Program-made: the position numbers and the translations under genes
The notes under the pieces: model-generated
Told to the model about the DNA's origin: nothing
The model's input: only the letters and a program-made list of their open reading frames with translations
The model's database searches: none
Shown: positions 9,283-17,279 of the stretch, piece after piece
How the letters are laid out: each line of letters opens with the position of its first letter
Numbering within the stretch: position 1 is the first letter of the stretch
Source of the DNA: Clostridia bacterium
Lineage (GTDB): Bacteria > Bacillota > Clostridia > Oscillospirales > CAG-272
Length of the DNA: 64,000 bases
Assembly (NCBI GenBank): GCA_017463665.1
Contig: JAFTOT010000087.1
Span: 5,871 to 69,870, forward strand
Direction of reading: 5' to 3'

Positions 9283-9950
9283 TTGATCACCGCCTTGTAG
9301 CCGAGCCCGTGTACCGTCACGATCTCAAAATCATCGCAATCCGCAAGCTTTCCGCGGAGCTTTGTCATGTATACATCCACCGCGCGCGGCGCCGTTTCGG
9401 TATCGGCATCCCAGAATTCGTCCATAAGCTGCGTTCGCGTAAACGTCTTTTTCGGATAGGAAAGCAATTTGTACAGAATGCTGAATTCCCGATTGGTCAT
9501 CGGAATTTCCGTATCGTTCAGATAGGCGGTATGCTCATCGGCATCCATCACAAAACTGCCTACTTCGAGCTTGCGGCTCTGTGCAATTTTGGCACGGCGC
9601 AACAGCGCACCGATGCGCAGAAACAGTTCGTCCAGGTCGATGGGCTTTACCATGTAATCATCCACGCCGATGCGGAAGCCTCTTTGCTTGGAGGCGATGT
9701 CATCGCGGGCGGTCATAAACAGGATCGGGATATCGTCATTCAGTTCGCGCACATTTTTCGCAAATTCAAAGCCGTCCGTGCCGGGCATCATAATATCGGA
9801 TACGATCAGGTCAAACATATTGGCGTAGAGCGCATCGTAGGCATCGGCTGCATTTAGGCATCCCGTCGCTTCGTAACCGCTGTGGTTCAAAAAAGAGCAT
9901 ACCGTTCTGTTCAGTTCCTTATCATCTTCTACCACCAATATCTTAAACAT
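9279..9950 (-). CDS. OmpR/PhoB-family response regulator
   Basis: Receiver MFKILVVEDD...DLIVSDIMMPG plus a winged-helix C-terminus (LTNREFSILYKLL...VDVYMTKLRGKL...HGLGYK). ATGA overlap with the kinase gene. Confidence 0.92.
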   Translation of the reverse strand: MFKILVVEDDKELNRTVCSFLNHSGYEATGCLNAADAYDALYANMFDLIVSDIMMPGTDGFEFAKNVRELNDDIPILFMTARDDIASKQRGFRIGVDDYMVKPIDLDELFLRIGALLRRAKIAQSRKLEVGSFVMDADEHTAYLNDTEIPMTNREFSILYKLLSYPKKTFTRTQLMDEFWDADTETAPRAVDVYMTKLRGKLADCDDFEIVTVHGLGYKAVIK

Positions 9951-9998
9951 ATCATGTCCTCCGCAGATTCTTATACTTCATTATACAGCATACCACCG

Positions 9999-10018
9999 AA
10001 ATGTTAAAGTTTTGTTTG
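9999..10018 (-). promoter_or_regulatory. Variant copy of the shared 20-bp upstream motif, in the response-regulator promoter
   Basis: Minus strand reads CAAACAAAACTTTAACATTT, 15/20 identical to TTAACAAAACGGAAACATTT. It is followed by TATAAT (minus strand). Confidence 0.4.
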
Positions 10019-10044
10019 CGTTTTTTGCATTTTTGAAAAAAATC

Positions 10045-10085
10045 GCGAAAAAAGCGGAGCTGTATCGCAATGTACATGCTCCGCT
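10045..10085 (-). terminator. Rho-independent terminator after cls
   Basis: Minus strand: AGCGGAGC-loop-GCTCCGCT followed by TTTTTTCGCGATTTTTTT. Confidence 0.7.
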
Positions 10086-10091
10086 CTTGGG

Positions 10092-11702
10092 CTATAGCAG
10101 TGGGGCGAATATCCGCACGACAGAGCGGATCACGCGCTGCAGCAGGTTTGTTTTCAGCATATCGGATGTGATCCGGATGGACTTTTCCAGTGTGTCTTCC
10201 ATATCCGCTTTCAGCGCATGGATGGAGTCGCATTTGTACATCCACACGCCGTTTTCAAAATGATGCACCAGCGAGCGGTAGTCGAGATTGATGGTACCGA
10301 TCATGGCGATTGCATCATCGGCGAGATAGCTTTTCGCATGAATGAAGCCGGGTTCGTATTCGTATATCTGTACGCCTGCCGCCATGAGCCTCGGATAGAA
10401 GCTCCGCGTCATGCCAAACACGATTTTTTTGTCGGGTATATGCGGCACAAGGATACGAACATCCACACCGCGCAAAGCGGCGTTTTCGATGCTTTGGCAA
10501 AGGTCATTATCAATGATCAGATACGGCGAGGTCATATACACATATCGGGTAGCGGTATGCAGCATGTTTTGTATCACGCTTTTTCCCACGCGGCGGGTGT
10601 AGATCGGGTGCGGTCCGTCGCCGAAGGGGATGACATAGCCTGCAGCGGAAATCTCGGGCTGCGGCGGGTACAGATCCTTTCTCGCATCGGGCATTTTTCG
10701 GACGTTGATGCCGAAGTCCACCAGAAACAGCTTGGTCAGTTCCCAAACCGCCTCTCCCTCCAGGCGAAGTGCCGTATCCTTCCAATGACCGTATTTTTCG
10801 ATCGCGTTGATGTATTCGTCGGCGATGTTTACGCCGCCCGTATAGCCGATCTTACCGTCTATCACCAGGATCTTTCGGTGGCTGCGGTTGTTGAATTCGC
10901 TATCGGCATTTCCGCGGAGCCGAGAGAAGGGCGTAGCTTCAATGCCGTAGGCGCGGAGCGTTTTATGATAGTCGCCGGGCAGCGTCATCATGCAGCCGAT
11001 GTCATCGTACAGCACCTTGACTTCCACACCGCAGGCGGCTTTCTTTTTGAGAATATCCAAAATCGAGTTCCAAAACTTGCCCTCCTCGATGATGAAATAT
11101 TCCATATAAATAAATTTTTCCGCATTCGCAAGGTCGGTGAGCATCGCAGCATACATATCCTCGCCGAGGGGGAAGTACGTTTGCTTTGTGTCGGTAAACA
11201 AGTGCGTTTCCGCAATATCGCAGAGCATTTTTGCCTGCGCCGCGGCAACGGGACTTTCTGCTTGCAGTTTGCAAAGTAAATTCTCATCATGCGGCGTGTA
11301 TGCGAGGGTTTTGAGATCGTTCAGCCGTTTTATGAATTTTCTTTGCAGTTTTCTGGAATAGAACAAAAAATACAGCATAAACCCTGCGACCGGGATGATC
11401 AGTACAAACAGAAGCCACGGCACTTTATAATCGGGGTTATCGTCGGAGGCGATAATACGAATAATGCAGAAGATTTCGGTTGCGTATGCCGCGATATAAA
11501 AATAGGGCACGTAATAGCATAAAGCGATCACGATTCCGATCACGGCAAGAACCTCGAAAAGCGTAATCAGCACAGCAAGGATATACCGCACCGGAATGTA
11601 ATTCACTTCGCGTTCCACTGTCTTTTTGTTCACAGCATACCGTATGGTTTTTTTCATTTTAATTTTCGTAAACAAGCTGCGGCGAGATGCCGAATTCGAC
11701 AT
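10092..11702 (-). CDS. cls: Cardiolipin synthase (two PLD/HKD domains)
   Basis: N-terminal TM helices. HKD motifs HRKILVIDGKIGYTGGVNIADEY and HAKSYLADDAIAMIGTINLDYRS. Confidence 0.92.
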   Translation of the reverse strand: MSNSASRRSLFTKIKMKKTIRYAVNKKTVEREVNYIPVRYILAVLITLFEVLAVIGIVIALCYYVPYFYIAAYATEIFCIIRIIASDDNPDYKVPWLLFVLIIPVAGFMLYFLFYSRKLQRKFIKRLNDLKTLAYTPHDENLLCKLQAESPVAAAQAKMLCDIAETHLFTDTKQTYFPLGEDMYAAMLTDLANAEKFIYMEYFIIEEGKFWNSILDILKKKAACGVEVKVLYDDIGCMMTLPGDYHKTLRAYGIEATPFSRLRGNADSEFNNRSHRKILVIDGKIGYTGGVNIADEYINAIEKYGHWKDTALRLEGEAVWELTKLFLVDFGINVRKMPDARKDLYPPQPEISAAGYVIPFGDGPHPIYTRRVGKSVIQNMLHTATRYVYMTSPYLIIDNDLCQSIENAALRGVDVRILVPHIPDKKIVFGMTRSFYPRLMAAGVQIYEYEPGFIHAKSYLADDAIAMIGTINLDYRSLVHHFENGVWMYKCDSIHALKADMEDTLEKSIRITSDMLKTNLLQRVIRSVVRIFAPLL

Positions 11703-11720
11703 CTCGCCCTATGTTAAGTG

Positions 11721-12086
11721 TCAACCTCTTGTAATTTTATCGCTGAGAGCAATGATCTTATCGGCGTATTTTTTACGGCGGGCTCCGAGAATTCCTTTAT
11801 ATATGGGGTAGTTGAGAATTGCCAGTGCCATACCGATACTGCCGATGAGAATGCCCGGAATCATCGTGTTCGAAAGGCCGAGTGTCGTTCCGATGTCAGT
11901 CATGACAAGGCTCATACCGCTGCCCATAACGATGGCGCTGATGCTGCCGAAGATATAGGCAAATACATTGGCAGGGCGCTTTACCTTCCCGTCCAACGCC
12001 TTGAGCGCATCCAGACCGGTGTGCTCCTTTTCGATATACTGGGTGCGGATCTTTTGTACGAGAAAATCCTGATCGTTTCTGTTCAT
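11721..12086 (-). CDS. Small membrane protein, paralogous in architecture to 6938..7318
   Basis: Start moved to ATG 12086 (MNRNDQDF...), preceded by an AAGAGGGA RBS. The ORF-track start 12194 would read through the promoter motif. 18 nt upstream of cls. Confidence 0.65.
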   Translation of the reverse strand: MNRNDQDFLVQKIRTQYIEKEHTGLDALKALDGKVKRPANVFAYIFGSISAIVMGSGMSLVMTDIGTTLGLSNTMIPGILIGSIGMALAILNYPIYKGILGARRKKYADKIIALSDKITRG

Positions 12087-12152
12087 GGTAAGTCCCTCTT
12101 TCTGTGATTGATAAGCAAAGTATACAGTGCCGATGTTTTGAAATGTTTTATA

Positions 12153-12172
12153 AAATGTTTCCGTTTTGTTAA
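12153..12172 (-). promoter_or_regulatory. Shared 20-bp motif TTAACAAAACGGAAACATTT (copy A)
   Basis: Identical 20-mer to 12588..12607. Lies 67-86 nt upstream of the start codon, with TATACT 28 nt downstream of the motif. Confidence 0.6.
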
Positions 12173-12212
12173 AGTGGGGTGTTTTTTCTCCCAAAAACTC
12201 CGAGATGGAAAA

Positions 12213-12521
12213 TTATTGCTTGCCCGAAAGTCTTTTTCTCGCATCTTCTACGCTTTCGCCCTCTTTGGCAAAGAGCTTTTCCACGCATTTGTCGGTTACT
12301 TTTTCAAAGCCTTCCACGATGGTGCTTTCGACTTTCTTATATCCTTCTGTTACAGCCGTGCTGATTTTGCCGGTCTTCATACTGCCGTCCTCGTTCAGGA
12401 ATTTTTCGGTGAACGCATCCTCGATCTTCTTGTAGCCACCGACAACGCCGTTTTCGATTTTGTGCATACCCTCCGTTACGCCTTTGGCGATCTTTTCATT
12501 TGCTTTTGTAAATGCAGACAT
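12213..12521 (-). CDS. Small soluble repeat protein (about 102 aa), unknown function
   Basis: ATG 12521 lies 9 nt after AAGGAG. Internal repeats GVTEGMHKIENGVVGGYKKIED / AVTEGYKKVESTIVEGFEKV. The ORF-track start 12668 is rejected because it reads through the promoter and terminator. Confidence 0.6.
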   Translation of the reverse strand: MSAFTKANEKIAKGVTEGMHKIENGVVGGYKKIEDAFTEKFLNEDGSMKTGKISTAVTEGYKKVESTIVEGFEKVTDKCVEKLFAKEGESVEDARKRLSGKQ

Positions 12522-12587
12522 GGTGATGATCTCCTTTTTTGATGTATGTCTGTAGTATACCTTTCGGTTGTTTGCGAGATTTTCAAG

Positions 12588-12607
12588 AAATGTTTCCGTT
12601 TTGTTAA
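12588..12607 (-). promoter_or_regulatory. Shared 20-bp motif TTAACAAAACGGAAACATTT (copy B)
   Basis: Identical 20-mer to copy A, at the same 67-86 nt distance from its start codon and the same spacing to TATACT. Confidence 0.6.
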
Positions 12608-12613
12608 TTTTAA

Positions 12614-12654
12614 AAACCATGGGGGATGCGTGCATAACGCATCCCCCATGGTTT
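12614..12654 (-). terminator. Terminator hairpin after the AraC-family gene
   Basis: Perfect 18-bp stem AAACCATGGGGGATGCGT/ACGCATCCCCCATGGTTT with a 5-nt loop and A/T tracts on both sides. Confidence 0.65.
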
Positions 12655-12674
12655 CTCTTGGGAAACAAACTATT

Positions 12675-13499
12675 CTATATGCCCGGATGGTCAAAGCAGA
12701 TACTGCGATACTCGCTGGGAGTGCATCCGGCTTTCTTTTTAAACATGCGGCTGAAATAATATACATTGGAAAAGCCGACTTTGGCGGCGATGGCGGTGAA
12801 GCTTTCGTCGGTGCATCGGATGAGCTCTTTTGCGTGATTGATCCGCAGGGTGTTGATATACTGCACGGGCGAGACGGAATACACCTCGTCGAACAGGCGG
12901 CGGAAGTAGGATTCGCTCATGTTCACCGAATCGGCAATTTCGGGGACACTCAGTTCTTCATCCGAGAGGTGCTCGGCGATATACAGCACTGCATTTTCAA
13001 GAATTCTGCGTTTGCTGATCGGTACATAGGATGCGCTTTCGAGGCGCAGGATCTCCGCATATACGGCATATAGGATAGACAGGCAATCCTCGGTGGCGCA
13101 AGGCTTTTGCAAGATCCAGTTTTCGAGCATTTTGCGGAAGAGGCTTTCGATGAATTTGGGGTTTTGCATCGGGTGGGAATCGCTCGCAGGGGACATGCCG
13201 TCCGGCAGTGCAAAGGTAAAGTCCGCGCAGATATAGCGATAGGTTTGCTCCATGTTCTCCATCGCATAAAGACTCCCTGCGGCAAGATAGAGGATATCGC
13301 CCGCTTTGGAGACGAACTCGCGGTCGGCAAAGCGGTAGCGCATGCTGCCCTCTAAAATATAGATAAATGCATCCGATTTTCTGCCCACGGTCTTCATGGG
13401 GTAAGCCGCTCTTTGAATAATGCCTTCGCGGATATTATAAAAATTGAGTATGCGGGGACGCAGTTCGGTCAGCTTCACTTCGCTCATAGCTATCTCCAT
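12675..13499 (-). CDS. AraC-family transcriptional regulator (cupin-like N-domain plus HTH_18)
   Basis: C-terminal AraC HTH (ESYFRRLFDEVYSVSPVQYINTLRINHAKELI...VGFSNVYYFSRMFKKKAGCTPSEYR). Divergent from the GRE operon. Confidence 0.9.
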   Translation of the reverse strand: MEIAMSEVKLTELRPRILNFYNIREGIIQRAAYPMKTVGRKSDAFIYILEGSMRYRFADREFVSKAGDILYLAAGSLYAMENMEQTYRYICADFTFALPDGMSPASDSHPMQNPKFIESLFRKMLENWILQKPCATEDCLSILYAVYAEILRLESASYVPISKRRILENAVLYIAEHLSDEELSVPEIADSVNMSESYFRRLFDEVYSVSPVQYINTLRINHAKELIRCTDESFTAIAAKVGFSNVYYFSRMFKKKAGCTPSEYRSICFDHPGI

Positions 13500-13679
13500 T
13501 CTGTCGGTCGGTGGACTGCTTTCATTACTATTAAATCAAAAATTACAAAGAAAGTCAAGGATTCGGCGTTTATAATCGAAATTAAAAGCCGAAAAGTACA
13601 AACAGTACCGAAAGATGCATTTACAAAGCCGCTGTATTGCAGTATGCTGAAAGTACAAAAAACAAGAAATGAGGTTGCA

Positions 13680-15881
13680 ATGCATATGATCTGGGGTAAT
13701 TTTGAAAAAGACCGTGCAGATTTGTCTAAACAATACAGTGAGCCGCATTGGGATACCGAAAGCGGCTTGAACGCGGCGGATCTGCGCACCGCCTGCCTGC
13801 AAGTTGAAGAGGAGACAAAGGGAGAGTCCCGTCTGGTAACAAAGTCGTTTATACTGGATACCGTTCTTCGCAAGGCACAGCTTGGTGTGGACACGCGCGA
13901 TTTCTTCCCCGACCTTTTGAACCACGACCGTCTTCCGTTTCGCATCCGCGACCGTTGGCTCCGCGATCTTCGCCGCAACGGGCTTGCGGATATTCTGAAA
14001 GAACATGAAGCCGAGCAGGCAGGTCTCAGCTATACCGGCAACACCGATTTCAGCCATTGCTCGCCCGACTGGGATGCGATCCTGCAGTTTGGCTTTACGG
14101 GTCTGCTTGCCCGTGTGCAGGCTGCACATGCAAGAGACGGTCTGACCGCGGAACAGGAAGATTTCTATACCGCGACAGAACGTGTGCTGACCGCTGCCAT
14201 TGCGCTGGCGGGCAGAATTGCCGACGCCGTAGAGGCGAAAGGCAACGGTGACGAAAAGGCGGCACTGATCGCAAAGAGTATGCGCAATCTTACCGTCGGT
14301 GCGCCGCAGAACATTCTCGAGGCAATGCAGCTTTCCATGCTGTACCGCATGCTGCAGTCGGCAGTCGAGGGAGCGGCGATCCGCTCGGTCGGCGGTCTGG
14401 ACCGTCTGTTCTATCCTTTCTATAAGAGGGATATCGAAAACGGCACGTTTACCGAAGCGCAGATCCGCGAGCTGTTCCGCTACTATTTCTGGAAATTCTA
14501 TTCCATGAAGGTGACCGCCAACATGCCGTTCTATCTCGGCGGCAGACTGGCAGACGGTTCTTCGGGCATCAACGAGCTTTCCTACCTGATCGTGGAGGAA
14601 TATATCGCGCTGGATGTGGATGATCCGAAGATCCATATCCGCTGGTACGACGAGATCCCCGAGAAGTTTGTTTCGCTGGTGCTCACCTCTATCCGTAACG
14701 GCAGAAACAGCTTTGTATTTGTCAACGACAATGTCGTGGAAAAAGCACTGATGGCGATCGGTGAGTCCCCGGAAGATGCCCGCAACTATACGGTCATCGG
14801 CTGCTATGAGCCTGCGGCGCTCGGCAAGGAGATCCCCTGTACCTGCGCAGGCAGAGTCAATATGGTCAAGGCGCTGCTCACGGTCATGACCGGCGGTGTA
14901 GACAGCTATACGGGTGAGAAAGTCGGCAAGGTCTGTGCCGATCCCGACAGCTATGCGACCTTTGAGGCGTTCTATGACGCTGTAAAAGAGCAGATCGGCG
15001 CTTTCCTTGACGGCTCGATGGATCTTGTCCGCGCGTACGAAGTGAATTATCCGACAATCAACCAGGCGCCGCTGCTTTCCTCCACCTTTGCGGAGTGTGT
15101 AGAGCGAGGCAAAGATGCCTATGCGGGCGGTGCGAAGTATAACAACTCGGCGATCGTTGCATTCTCGGTTGCCAATGTTGCGGATGGACTGACGGCTGTT
15201 AAAAAACTGGTTTTTGAAGAGAAAAGATATACGCTTTCCGAGCTTGCGGACATTCTGAACCGCGATTGGGAAGGACACGAAATGCTGCGCCGCGAGATCC
15301 TGCAAAAATTCCCGAAATACGGAAACGGAAACAGGGAAGTGGATCGCTATGCAGCGGAGATCGTGGATTTTGCCGGAGCACATGTGAACGGACAGCCGAA
15401 CGGACGCGGCGGCGTATTTCGTCTCGGACTGTTCTCCATTGACTATCGTATCACGTTCGGTGCACGCACGGGTGCGACCATCGACGGACGCAAAAACGGC
15501 GAAATGCTCGCGAAAAATATGGGTGCCGTCACCGCGATGGATAAAGAGGGCATCACCGCTCTGATCAAGTCTGTAACGACCATAGACTACACGAAAGTGC
15601 CCGACGGAACCGTGCTGGACGTTATGCTGCACAGCAGTGCCGCCGAGGGCGAAAGCGGACTTTGCGCGATGCACGCACTGCTCAAGACCTATATGGAATG
15701 CGGCGGATTTGCCGTCCAGTTCAATGTGCTTTCCCCCGAGGTACTGTATGCCGCACAGAAGGAACCGGAAAAATACGCGACCCTGCAGGTCAGACTTTGC
15801 GGCTGGAATGTTTATTTCACCGAGCTCTCCAAGGACGAGCAGGATGAGTTGATCAAGCAGTGCGAGAACGCGAGCGCCTAA
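13680..15881 (+). CDS. Glycyl radical enzyme, short (733 aa) PFL-like family member, substrate unknown
   Basis: Glycyl-radical C-terminus FAVQFNV...ATLQVRLCGWNVYFTELS. Thiyl loop VIGCYEPAALGKE (G-C-x-E type). ATG 13680 is preceded by GAGG. The ORF-track start 13413 overlaps the AraC gene. Confidence 0.85.
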   Translation: MHMIWGNFEKDRADLSKQYSEPHWDTESGLNAADLRTACLQVEEETKGESRLVTKSFILDTVLRKAQLGVDTRDFFPDLLNHDRLPFRIRDRWLRDLRRNGLADILKEHEAEQAGLSYTGNTDFSHCSPDWDAILQFGFTGLLARVQAAHARDGLTAEQEDFYTATERVLTAAIALAGRIADAVEAKGNGDEKAALIAKSMRNLTVGAPQNILEAMQLSMLYRMLQSAVEGAAIRSVGGLDRLFYPFYKRDIENGTFTEAQIRELFRYYFWKFYSMKVTANMPFYLGGRLADGSSGINELSYLIVEEYIALDVDDPKIHIRWYDEIPEKFVSLVLTSIRNGRNSFVFVNDNVVEKALMAIGESPEDARNYTVIGCYEPAALGKEIPCTCAGRVNMVKALLTVMTGGVDSYTGEKVGKVCADPDSYATFEAFYDAVKEQIGAFLDGSMDLVRAYEVNYPTINQAPLLSSTFAECVERGKDAYAGGAKYNNSAIVAFSVANVADGLTAVKKLVFEEKRYTLSELADILNRDWEGHEMLRREILQKFPKYGNGNREVDRYAAEIVDFAGAHVNGQPNGRGGVFRLGLFSIDYRITFGARTGATIDGRKNGEMLAKNMGAVTAMDKEGITALIKSVTTIDYTKVPDGTVLDVMLHSSAAEGESGLCAMHALLKTYMECGGFAVQFNVLSPEVLYAAQKEPEKYATLQVRLCGWNVYFTELSKDEQDELIKQCENASA

Positions 15882-15913
15882 GGCACATTGCGCGAGAAAA
15901 TCGAGGTAACACA

Positions 15914-16822
15914 ATGAACAAGATCATCGGTTCGATCGTCAATATTAAACGGTTTGAGATCCATGACGGCGACGGACTTCGCACAACGCTTTTTGTCAAG
16001 GGGTGTCCCTTAAAATGCAGATGGTGTCATAATCCCGAGAGCATTTCACCGCGCTCGGAGCTGGGTTACTATGCGCACAAATGCATCGGTTGCGGCAGCT
16101 GTGTCGCGGCTTGTCCCCATGGCGCACATACCGTTGACCAAAACGGGCATGTTTTCCATCGCGACCGCTGTAAGGCATGCGGGAAATGTGCCGAGGTGTG
16201 TATGGCAGATGCACTGCTGTTTTACGGCAAGCGCGTTACGCCCGAGGAGATCCTGCCGCGGCTGACTGCGGATGTGGATTTTTATAAAAATTCGGGCGGC
16301 GGCGTGACCATCTCGGGCGGCGAACCGCTGCTGCAATCCGAATTCTGCGCGGAGGTGCTTCGGCTTTTGAAGGAGCAGGACATCAACACCGCGGTGGACA
16401 CCTGCTTGTTCGCAAGCCGTGAACAGTTGGATCGTGTGATCCCGTACACGGATACCTTCCTTGTGGATGTAAAAGCGATCGACGCCGAGCTGCATCATAC
16501 GCTGACCGGACAGTACAATACACGTATACTGGAGAATATTCGGTATCTGGACGCGCTGGGAAAAGACATCGAAGTGCGCATTCCGTATATTCCCGGGCAG
16601 AATTCGGGAGAGATAGAGAAGATCGCAGAATTTCTTGCCACCGTTCAGCATTTGAAAGGCGTCAGAGTTTTGCCGTATCACAATCTTTCGGGAACCAAAT
16701 ATGCGTCTCTCGATATGGTATATCCGCTGGCGTCCGAGAATACGCCCATCCCCACCAAAGAGGAGACCGAAGCGGCATGCGATAGATTGCGTGCGCACGG
16801 TATTAAAGTTTTAACGAAATAA
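15914..16822 (+). CDS. Glycyl-radical enzyme activating enzyme (radical SAM)
   Basis: CPLKCRWCHNPE (CX3CX2C), two ferredoxin-like clusters (CIGCGSCVAACP, CKACGKCAEVC), and GGEPLL. Confidence 0.9.
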   Translation: MNKIIGSIVNIKRFEIHDGDGLRTTLFVKGCPLKCRWCHNPESISPRSELGYYAHKCIGCGSCVAACPHGAHTVDQNGHVFHRDRCKACGKCAEVCMADALLFYGKRVTPEEILPRLTADVDFYKNSGGGVTISGGEPLLQSEFCAEVLRLLKEQDINTAVDTCLFASREQLDRVIPYTDTFLVDVKAIDAELHHTLTGQYNTRILENIRYLDALGKDIEVRIPYIPGQNSGEIEKIAEFLATVQHLKGVRVLPYHNLSGTKYASLDMVYPLASENTPIPTKEETEAACDRLRAHGIKVLTK

Positions 16823-16867
16823 AACCGATTCCGTATCACACCAAGGATAACGGGTATGAAACTTGCA

Positions 16868-16909
16868 AAGGTTCTTTTGGGGAGCCTTTGCAAGTTTTTT
16901 CGTCTTATG
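16868..16909 (+). terminator. Rho-independent terminator after GRE operon
   Basis: 10-bp stem CTTGCAAAGG/CCTTTGCAAG followed by TTTTTT. Confidence 0.75.
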
Positions 16910-17033
16910 TACCTATTTTGCGGTGGCGAAAGAAAGCGTTTTCTTCCAAAAGCTTGGACAAAGGGACAGAAAGGACAAACAGAGAGAATTTTTCTTGTTT
17001 GTAAAAAAATTTAGAAAAAATCCAATTTACCTA

Positions 17034-17062
17034 TTGACAAAGTAGGTTGATGGTGCTATAAT
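17034..17062 (+). promoter_or_regulatory. Sigma-70 promoter of the sulfhydrylase/cysK operon
   Basis: TTGACA, 17-nt spacer, TATAAT (consensus hexamers). Confidence 0.7.
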
Positions 17063-17084
17063 ACAACCAACCTAAACGGTAGGT
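17062..17084. promoter_or_regulatory. Putative operator overlapping the -10 box (TACAACCAACCTA; ACCTA-N5-TAGGT inverted repeat)
   Basis: TATAATACAACCAACCTAAACGGTAGGT resembles TATAATACCAACCTACCGAACTGATAGGTATGGTTGTA upstream of the Rrf2 gene. A third TACAACCA lies at 17236-17243. Confidence 0.4.
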
Positions 17085-17279
17085 AACAACAAAAACCTAA
17101 CTTGCAGGCATATTTATTACTTTAAGGCAGGCACTGACAATGGAAAACTACTTCACAAGGTTAGTCAGATCCAATTTCAGATTCGGACGAATGTGTCGAT
17201 GTTACATCGCATAACTGTAATAAAGCATCACACAATACAACCATCGATCCCATATTGAATCTGAAAGGAAATACATAGT

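Noticed and set aside
13413-13679. 5' extension of the GRE ORF (track start 13413), overlapping the AraC gene and the divergent promoter region.
   Set aside because: The extension overlaps the oppositely oriented AraC coding sequence by 87 nt and encodes non-conserved sequence. ATG 13680, with a GAGG RBS, gives a normal GRE N-terminus.
13536-15914. 792-aa minus-strand ORF antisense to the glycyl radical enzyme gene. Similar long antisense ORFs: 17202..19565, 24727..28893, 34501..35910, 36024..37640, 42783..43937, 44753..46201, 47252..48763, 50544..52523, 53962..55449, 57815..59218 and 61425..63284.
   Set aside because: These are shadow ORFs of the kind common in GC-rich coding DNA. Each lies exactly antisense to, or out of frame with, a gene with strong family motifs. 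Their translations are Arg/His/Cys/Gly-rich low-complexity strings with no recognisable domain, and they lack RBS-start geometry.
17140-17214. 24-codon leader ORF MENYFTRLVRSNFRFGRMCRCYIA with two Cys codons, considered as a cysteine-sensing attenuation peptide.
   Set aside because: It has only a weak RBS-like sequence (AAGGCAGG), only two non-adjacent Cys codons, and no downstream terminator or alternative hairpins. The evidence is too thin to call.
17063-17279. S-box (SAM), T-box or other known riboswitch in the roughly 215-nt leader of the sulfhydrylase-cysK operon.
   Set aside because: I could not find the conserved S-box core or the T-box sequence (…GGGTGGTACCGCG…), and no terminator/antiterminator pair is evident. 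An operator-type mechanism seems more likely. An Rfam scan would be decisive.
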